Source of the DNA: Candidatus Marinacidobacterium sp. | Lineage (GTDB): Bacteria; Acidobacteriota; Vicinamibacteria; Marinacidobacterales; Marinacidobacteraceae | Assembly: GCA_965243415.1 (NCBI GenBank) | Contig: OZ251549.1 | Location: forward strand, 2,290,239-2,354,238 | DNA: 64,000 nucleotides | Direction: 5' to 3' | In this document: piece after piece, positions 58,102-64,000 of the stretch | How the letters are laid out: every line of letters begins with the position of its first letter | Numbering within the stretch: the first letter of the stretch is position 1 | Notes under the pieces: generated by a model | The model's database searches: none | Told to the model about the DNA's origin: nothing | The model's input: only the letters and a program-made list of their open reading frames with translations | Made by a program: the position numbers and the translations under genes

Positions 58102-59481
58102 TTACGGTTGAGCCGCCGCTCCGACCGCGTTCTCGCGCCGATGCCGGACGGCCCGCAGCGCGAAGTCCAGTTCCGGGTCGTCCTCGTCGAGTTCCGCGCC
58201 GCGGAGGTCGAGGTCGTCCGGTCTCAGGGTGGGAGCCACGCCGACGCCGAGCAGGTCCTCCGCGTCGGGCCCCTGGAGATGGGCGGCCGAGATCAGGGCC
58301 GCGTCTCCGTCGGGCAATTCGACCAGGCGCGCCTCCCCGGTGCGTCCGGCGGTGAAGCCCCCGACGATGTCCCCGTGCGGCAGCGAGCCGAGCGCCGCGG
58401 CGACGATCTCCCCGGGACCCACGGTGCTCCGGTTCACCAGCGCCACCACCGGGAGGTCGGCGCCGGCCGGCGGCGATTGTCCCGGTTCGGCCCGGATCGG
58501 TTCGGACACCGCCTCCCCGGCTTCGGTGCGCTCGGCCCGGTGCGCGACCAGGCCTTCCATGAACACCGCGGCGGATTCCACCCCGAGGCCGGCGCTGGCC
58601 GGGGCCGGGGTTCCCGCCGGGCGGCTGCCGCGCAGGTCGAGCACCAGCGCCTCGGCGCCGCCGGCGCGGAGCGAAGCGACCGCCGCGGCGACTTCGGCGG
58701 CGGTCCCGGCGGAGAAACGGCGCACCCTCACGAGCCCCACCCCCGGTTCCGGGACCTCCGACTCCACCGGAGGCGCGGCGATCGCCCGCCGCTCCAGGGT
58801 CACCCGGCGGGGTTCGGTGTCGGCGCTCTTCCGGAGCGCGACCTCCACCGTCGAGCCGGCCGCGCCGGCGAGGAGCAGCCGCCCGATGGGAACCCGCAGA
58901 TCCCGGGTGCCGCGCCCGCCGATGGCGGTGATGGCGTCGCCGCGTTCGATCCCGGCCTCCGCCGCCGGGGAACCGGGCAGCACATCGTCCGCGTGGAGGT
59001 AGTACCGCTTCTCCAGGCCCAGCCCGACATCGCCGTCGGCCTCCGCGAGGTTGCGGAACCGCTCGGCCTCGCTCGCGTCGAGATAGGCGCTGTCGGCGTC
59101 GAGCGCTTCGAAGATGCCCCGGACCGCGCCGTCCATGAGCACCCCCTCTTCGACGGGCTCCAGGTAGTGCTGGCGGATGAGGGCCAGCGCGTTGCTGAAG
59201 ACATCGAGCGTCTGGTAGGTGGTGTCCTGGCCGCCGGCGCCGATCCAGTTCCCGGCCCTCCGGGCGGCCGTCGCGAGCAGGTTCTCCGACCCCTCCCGGC
59301 GCCAGAAATCGTCCGAAGCGAACTCGGCGCCCCGGTCGAGGAGCACTGCAAGCCCGGCCAGCGCGCCCAGGAGCAGCAGCCCGCGCTTCAGCCGCTTCCG
59401 CCCTCCGGAGCCGCCGCTCCCCGGGGTCCCGGTCGGGACGACGCCCGGCCGCCACGGGAGAATCGTCCTCGTTTGTTTCAT
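58102..59481 (-). CDS. S41 (C-terminal processing) peptidase-like protein with PDZ domain; catalytic residues apparently substituted
   Basis: ATG 59479-59481 (MKQTRTIL..). PDZ segment GSPAAEAGIERGDAITAIGG. S41 core VALVNRSTVGPGEIVAAAL and GGFTAGRTGEA. Confidence 0.8.
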   Translation of the reverse strand: MKQTRTILPWRPGVVPTGTPGSGGSGGRKRLKRGLLLLGALAGLAVLLDRGAEFASDDFWRREGSENLLATAARRAGNWIGAGGQDTTYQTLDVFSNALALIRQHYLEPVEEGVLMDGAVRGIFEALDADSAYLDASEAERFRNLAEADGDVGLGLEKRYYLHADDVLPGSPAAEAGIERGDAITAIGGRGTRDLRVPIGRLLLAGAAGSTVEVALRKSADTEPRRVTLERRAIAAPPVESEVPEPGVGLVRVRRFSAGTAAEVAAAVASLRAGGAEALVLDLRGSRPAGTPAPASAGLGVESAAVFMEGLVAHRAERTEAGEAVSEPIRAEPGQSPPAGADLPVVALVNRSTVGPGEIVAAALGSLPHGDIVGGFTAGRTGEARLVELPDGDAALISAAHLQGPDAEDLLGVGVAPTLRPDDLDLRGAELDEDDPELDFALRAVRHRRENAVGAAAQP

Positions 59482-59665
59482 CGGGTCAGGCTCCGTTGCT
59501 CGAAGGCGGTGCGAGATCCAACGACTGTCGAGAGACACGGAGGCTCGCACGGTTGAAGACATCAATTCTTGCGTGCGACCGAGTCGAGTGCCGATGGGCC
59601 CGGCCTCTGCGCCCTGCGGAGCTCCGATCCGCTCGGGCGACGCCCCCACCGTCCTGCAACATCGC

Positions 59666-61489
59666 TCAGGAGATAGCCGCCAGTGATGCCAGCAGTGTGT
59701 CCGCGGCTCTGTCCGCGGCCGAAAGCGCTTCGCCCAGATCGATCCCATCGAGAATCAAGTCTCCGGTACTTGCGAGGCCGACAACCGATGCGGCGGCGGT
59801 CCCTCCGGCGCGAAGCGTGGCTTTGCGAAGGGCATCCGTTCGTGATTTCCACATCTCGAGAGCGGCGGCGGCCGCGCCTACGGAGCGCCCGTCCATGTGG
59901 GGTATTTTCCCGGCCGCCGCCACCATCCTCTCCCCTGCCTCTGTCAATTTGCGACTCGCGGTGCGTGCGGCAACCGCAGCGGTTCCCAAGCGCAGTGTCG
60001 CCCCGACAAGAGCCGCTCTGTTCGCGTCGGCTCTCGCGCTCTTCCACTCCTCCGCGGCGACCTGTGCCGCGGACCAAGCCGCGATGCGTGTGTCGTATGC
60101 ATTCAGCAGGGCCGCCGCTTCCTCGTAGGAAGTTTGAGCAGCTTGGGCGGCGGCGATCACAGGCGCCGCTGCTTCAGATGCCGCCTCGGCCGCAGCAGTG
60201 ACTACGAGGAGTTTTTCTTCGTGCTCAGCACGAACGAGTTCCATAGCCTCACGTGCATGCATCTCAGCCACCGCCATGTACGCTCCATGTCGCTCCTCCA
60301 GCCTTCGTTCTATTTCCCTCGCAGTGGCAACGATTTCGCCTCCCGCCCCCAACCCCTCAGTCAGGATTCGTGTCGCTGCCCTTGCCCGCTCCAGCGCCGA
60401 ACCCGCCGACTGCGCATCAACGACCTCCGCCAGCACTTCCGCGATTCCGGAGGCCGCGTCCGCTTCCGAAGCCGCCCCCACTGCACGACCCTCGGCCTCG
60501 GCGGCCTGCTGTTGTAGTGGCCTCGTGAATGCGGCCGCTGCCAGCCCAGCACTTCGCCAAACTACTGTCGCTTCATCCAATGCTTCCATCCATTGTTTCA
60601 CATTGCGTCTACAGTCTTCGCGACGCCAGCAATCTCGACGCACAATGCTCTCTTGTGCTTCTACGATCGCATCCTCCGCAGCCAACGCCTCTTCTGACTT
60701 CGACGGAGCCACGAGGTCAAGAAGACGCCGACGCGCCTCGCGCGTGTGTCCAAGCCGGCCTGGCACGAGGTCAAGAAGACGCCGACGCGCCTCGCGCGTG
60801 TGTCCAAGCCGGCCTGGCATCAGTGACTGCCGGGACGAGGAGTAGCGCGAGTAGTTGTGGAAGAAGAGAGTGTATTGGCAGTTTGACAGAGAGAGGGGCT
60901 GCCCGGTCGGCATGTGATGTTGTGCTTCATTTTTCCACCCGACCAACTCATTACTCCACTTTCGCATGAATTCACGGTCGGTCCACCATGCCCTTCTCCA
61001 GCGTCCCACCTCCTGTGTGTACCGGACAGCCACGTCTGCCGCTGACTTCGCCTCTCGGGCTTCCTGTTGCAGAGTCTGCGCTTGGCCGTGAAGTCTCTCG
61101 GCCTCGCCCTTTGAGGTCGCCGCCTTCTCTTTCCAGGAATTGATCATCTCCTCATAGTCCGTCAGCATGTCTGCCTCCGGTGTCTCCATCCAGAAGTGTC
61201 GTGCAGCATTCGCCGCATCCGCGGCTTGATCTTCCACACGGGCCTCAGCCTCCCGAAGTGCGCTCCGGGCGGCATCACGAGAGTGGCGGGCCTTCTCGGC
61301 CAGTGCTTCGGCCGCAGCGAGTGCGGCCTCGGCTCTGGTAGCACGCGATTCCACGGCCCGAAAGGTTGCCGGTGTCTGATTAGACAAGTACCACCGTGTC
61401 CGTTCACTGCTGTGTCTTGCATGAGGCGTGGCAATACTCAGGGAGGCGACTGCCAAGGCGATCGGAAGGGATCGGATAGCAATTTTCAT
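59666..61489 (-). CDS. secreted Ala-rich helical protein, unknown function
   Basis: 607 aa. Signal peptide MKIAIRSLPIALAVASLSIATPHA. Lower GC. Contains an in-frame 18-aa exact duplication. Confidence 0.72.
   Translation of the reverse strand: MKIAIRSLPIALAVASLSIATPHARHSSERTRWYLSNQTPATFRAVESRATRAEAALAAAEALAEKARHSRDAARSALREAEARVEDQAADAANAARHFWMETPEADMLTDYEEMINSWKEKAATSKGEAERLHGQAQTLQQEAREAKSAADVAVRYTQEVGRWRRAWWTDREFMRKWSNELVGWKNEAQHHMPTGQPLSLSNCQYTLFFHNYSRYSSSRQSLMPGRLGHTREARRRLLDLVPGRLGHTREARRRLLDLVAPSKSEEALAAEDAIVEAQESIVRRDCWRREDCRRNVKQWMEALDEATVVWRSAGLAAAAFTRPLQQQAAEAEGRAVGAASEADAASGIAEVLAEVVDAQSAGSALERARAATRILTEGLGAGGEIVATAREIERRLEERHGAYMAVAEMHAREAMELVRAEHEEKLLVVTAAAEAASEAAAPVIAAAQAAQTSYEEAAALLNAYDTRIAAWSAAQVAAEEWKSARADANRAALVGATLRLGTAAVAARTASRKLTEAGERMVAAAGKIPHMDGRSVGAAAAALEMWKSRTDALRKATLRAGGTAAASVVGLASTGDLILDGIDLGEALSAADRAADTLLASLAAIS
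60711..60818 (-). repeat. perfect 2 x 54-bp tandem duplication
   Basis: 60711-60764 is identical to 60765-60818. Encodes (PGRLGHTREARRRLLDLV)x2 in frame. Confidence 0.95.
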
Positions 61490-61687
61490 CGATTGTCCAC
61501 CCCAAGGACTTCATGGGCGGCGAGGCGGAGAAGGACGGAATGCTCCAACGGGAACAGCATCGTTTCCGTGACGGACTGTCCTGACGCGAAAGTGTTCACG
61601 GCGACTTCAGTGCAATGGGTGCCGTTGTTGAGGCTCCGGCTCCAAAGTTCGCAGGGGAACAGGTGGTGTTCGCAGAAGGGGAGGGGG

Positions 61688-63298
61688 TCAGGAACCGGAG
61701 ATCGAGAAAGCGAGGGCTTCAGTGACCGACTGGCCGGAAACGGCGTCGTTCACCGTGATCTCAGCGGTGTACTCGCCGGCCTCGAAGTTCTCCCGGCGGC
61801 CGTCGGCGAACAGCCGGGCGAGCGGGACATCCACGATGGCGATGGAGAGTTCGGCGGAGGCCAGGTTGAACGCGGTGGGGTTGTAGCGGAGGTACCGCTC
61901 GCCGTCCTTCGTGAAGGTGATCTGCCAATTCAGGCTCGGCTCGCCGTCGGCGCCGGTGGCGTAGCCGTAGGCGTTGAACACCACCCGGAACTCGGTGCCC
62001 GGTTCGTACACCGTCGAGACCCGGGGCACGAAGTGGAATCCGCCGACGAGGAGCGCCCGTCCGGGCACCGGCGAGAAGTCCTCGATGCGGGTGCCGTCGG
62101 AGAAACGCGCCATCGAGGAGACGGTGAGCCCTTCCCGGTTGAAGTCGGGGCTCTCGACCTCCAGGTTCACCGTCCCGACCATCTCGGTCGCCGGGTCGCG
62201 GAGTCCCAGCCGCACCGTGTAGAGGCCGGCCGGCATCTGCATCGGCATCTCCAGGATCGCCTGGCCGGCGTCGTTCCGCGCCAGTTCGACTTCTTCTTCG
62301 GCCTGGCCGACGACCGTGCCGAGCGCGTCCTCGACGCTGTAGAACGCCTGCACCCGGTCGGACCGGATCTGGCTGCCCTCCACTTCGATGATGGCGGCCA
62401 CATAGGTGTCGTTGTTGTTCGCCCGGAAGAACGACAGCGCCGGCGTGAGGCCGATGGCGGCGCTGGTCTCGCCGCCCTCGCGGAGCGCGTTCAGGATCTG
62501 CTTGGCCGGGCTGTTCGGGTCGAACAGGTCGTCGAGTTCGCGCAGCCGACCGTCCTCGTCGAGGGAGTAGTTGATGCCGGGCCAGACGATCTGCCGGCGG
62601 CGCGCCCGCTCCAGCGCCCCTTCGATGTCGTCCGTCCGGACCATCCGCATCCCCAGGTTCGTGGTGCGGAAGGTGATCTCCAGTCCGTCGGGGAGCCCGC
62701 CGTCCGGGTTGGGCGCCCAGGTCATCTTCATGCCGCCGCCGCCGGGACCGCCGAAGCCGCCGCCGCCGCGACCGCCGCCGCCCCCTCCGCCGCCGCCCGG
62801 GCCGCCGGGGCCGCCCCCGCCTTCAGCGACCGGGTTGTTCCCGGTGGCGCCGCCCGGAGGGCCGCCGCCTCCCGGCCGGCCGCCGCCGGGACCGCCGGTG
62901 CGCTCGCGGTTGTCCGGCGGGCCCAGCAGCAGCATCACCAGCGCCATGTCGGTCTGCGAACCCTTCTGGCCGCGCCGCCCGAACTGCTCGTCGGCCTGCT
63001 TCTGCCACTGCTCGAAGCCGTCCTTCGCCTCGTTGTTCCGGTTCGTCGGGGTCGGGTCGCGCCGCGCCCAGAACAACTCCTTGAACAGGCCCCGGTCGCG
63101 CCGCCCGATCTCCTGGAACTTCTGCCGCTCCTCGGCGGTCATGATCGGCTCCACTTCTTCCATCCAGCGCCGGTCGCCGCGGCTCAGGTCGTCCTGGGCG
63201 AGCGCCGGGACCGCCAGGGCGAGGAGCCCGAGCGTCGCGAGCGAGAGGAAGGCGGGACGGGCCGCGCCGCGGCGGGCGTCGGGTCGGGGGTGGCTCAT
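61688..63298 (-). CDS. GWxTD domain-containing protein with Gly-rich insert
   Basis: 536 aa. Signal peptide. FWARRDPTP and KGSQTDMALVMLLLGPPD match the GWxTD domain pattern. Confidence 0.82.
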   Translation of the reverse strand: MSHPRPDARRGAARPAFLSLATLGLLALAVPALAQDDLSRGDRRWMEEVEPIMTAEERQKFQEIGRRDRGLFKELFWARRDPTPTNRNNEAKDGFEQWQKQADEQFGRRGQKGSQTDMALVMLLLGPPDNRERTGGPGGGRPGGGGPPGGATGNNPVAEGGGGPGGPGGGGGGGGGRGGGGFGGPGGGGMKMTWAPNPDGGLPDGLEITFRTTNLGMRMVRTDDIEGALERARRRQIVWPGINYSLDEDGRLRELDDLFDPNSPAKQILNALREGGETSAAIGLTPALSFFRANNNDTYVAAIIEVEGSQIRSDRVQAFYSVEDALGTVVGQAEEEVELARNDAGQAILEMPMQMPAGLYTVRLGLRDPATEMVGTVNLEVESPDFNREGLTVSSMARFSDGTRIEDFSPVPGRALLVGGFHFVPRVSTVYEPGTEFRVVFNAYGYATGADGEPSLNWQITFTKDGERYLRYNPTAFNLASAELSIAIVDVPLARLFADGRRENFEAGEYTAEITVNDAVSGQSVTEALAFSISGS

Positions 63299-63598
63299 GG
63301 GGGATGCCTCCGGGAGAGCGGTCTCCGGGGTTCGGGTCCGTGGGGGAAGGGGGATCGGGGTCGTCGGTCGCGGCCGGCGGCTGTTCGCGTTGGCCGGATC
63401 TGCGTCGCCGGTCTGCGCGTCGCCGCGCGGTGGCCGGTCCGGCTGGCGGAACCGGCCCCCGGAACTGGCCCGCCGGCGCGGTCGGCTCGACTCTCCGGGC
63501 CGGGGGAACGCCGCCCCGGCAGGGGCCGTTCCGCCGAACGGAGACCGGGAAGGATACGCCCGCCGGGAACCCCCCGCAACTGCCGGGAAGCGCCGCGC

Positions 63599-63604
63599 TA
63601 TACT
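63599..63604 (+). promoter_or_regulatory. -10-like box TATACT (in GCGCTATACT)
   Basis: 41 nt upstream of GTG 63646. Same GCTATNNT context as the RNA-element boxes. Confidence 0.3.
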
Positions 63605-63645
63605 CGATTTCAGCCGCCTTGTCTATCCGCCCCCCGAACTCCTCC

Positions 63646-64000
63646 GTGACCTTCCCGACCCCGAACCCCGCGCGTTCCGCCGCCCTCCTGCTCGCCGCCG
63701 GCGCCCTCCTCCTCGCCGCCGCCTGCGGTTCCGCCGCCAAGCGGACCTGGACGGTCGACGAGATCCGCGCCGACCTGAACCACCGGATCACCCCGGAGAT
63801 GCTGGCGCGGGTCGAGATCCCCTTCGAGATCGACGACGAGATCCGCGAGTTGGCCCACCGGGTCACCGAGAACCTGCGCACCGACAAGGAGAAGATGCGG
63901 GCCATCGTCCGCGCCATCCGCCAGCACACCGGCGGCTCCATCTCCTACGACTGGCTCTCGAACAAGACCGCGAAGAGCGTCTTCCGGGAGGGCCGCGGCA
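63646..64000 (+). CDS. lipoprotein, possibly transglutaminase-like (partial, runs off window end)
   Basis: GTG start. MTFPTPNPARSAALLLAAGALLLAAACGS lipobox. ..MRAIVRAIRQHTGGSISYDW..AKSVFREGRG resembles the segment preceding the transglutaminase-core Cys. Confidence 0.6.
   Translation, partial: MTFPTPNPARSAALLLAAGALLLAAACGSAAKRTWTVDEIRADLNHRITPEMLARVEIPFEIDDEIRELAHRVTENLRTDKEKMRAIVRAIRQHTGGSISYDWLSNKTAKSVFREGRG

Noticed and set aside
62700-62900. Poly-Gly/Pro stretch inside the GWxTD protein, considered as a separate repeat element or frameshift signal.
   Set aside because: It is in frame and flanked by well-formed domains. It is most simply a low-complexity linker.

Overview
This is a high-GC (about 70% by eye) chromosomal segment from a diderm bacterium: BamA, Skp, Lol and TonB are present. 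A GWxTD protein hints at a Gemmatimonadota- or Acidobacteriota-like lineage, but that is inference only. Most long six-frame ORFs are GC artefacts (Arg/Pro/Gly-rich, antisense to real genes). About 45 CDS can be supported.

Backbone genes, in order: tandem Fn3 lipoprotein paralogs, an M16 peptidase pair, a GGT fusion, TonB, hpt, PNP and nupC (purine salvage), thiolase and crotonase, ribH-nusB-lysS, lolCE-lolD, clpC, bamA-skp-fabZ, SpoIID, miaA, recG, rsmD-coaD, an aminotransferase, mltG, an S41-like peptidase and a GWxTD protein.

Accessory or unusual regions:
1. 44.4-48.6 kb, between recG and rsmD. Six promoter-linked, roughly 110-nt structured RNA-like elements with compensatory substitutions are interleaved with decayed copies of the neighbouring gene. 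They abut a two-gene operon of unknown function. This is my best candidate for an undescribed system.
2. 38.2-40.0 kb. A 1.8-kb non-coding tandem array with a 189-246 bp period.
3. G27 and G19 homopolymers at the 5' ends of the two lipoprotein paralogs. The G27 run is fused to the start codon.
4. 17.2-20.0 kb. A low-GC four-gene cluster (TIGR04255-like protein plus unknowns).
5. 51.5-55.4 kb. A low-GC McrBC island with an atypical McrB.
6. 59.7-61.5 kb. A secreted Ala-rich protein with a perfect 54-bp tandem duplication.

I recognised no rRNA, canonical tRNA, CRISPR array, transposase or integrase.
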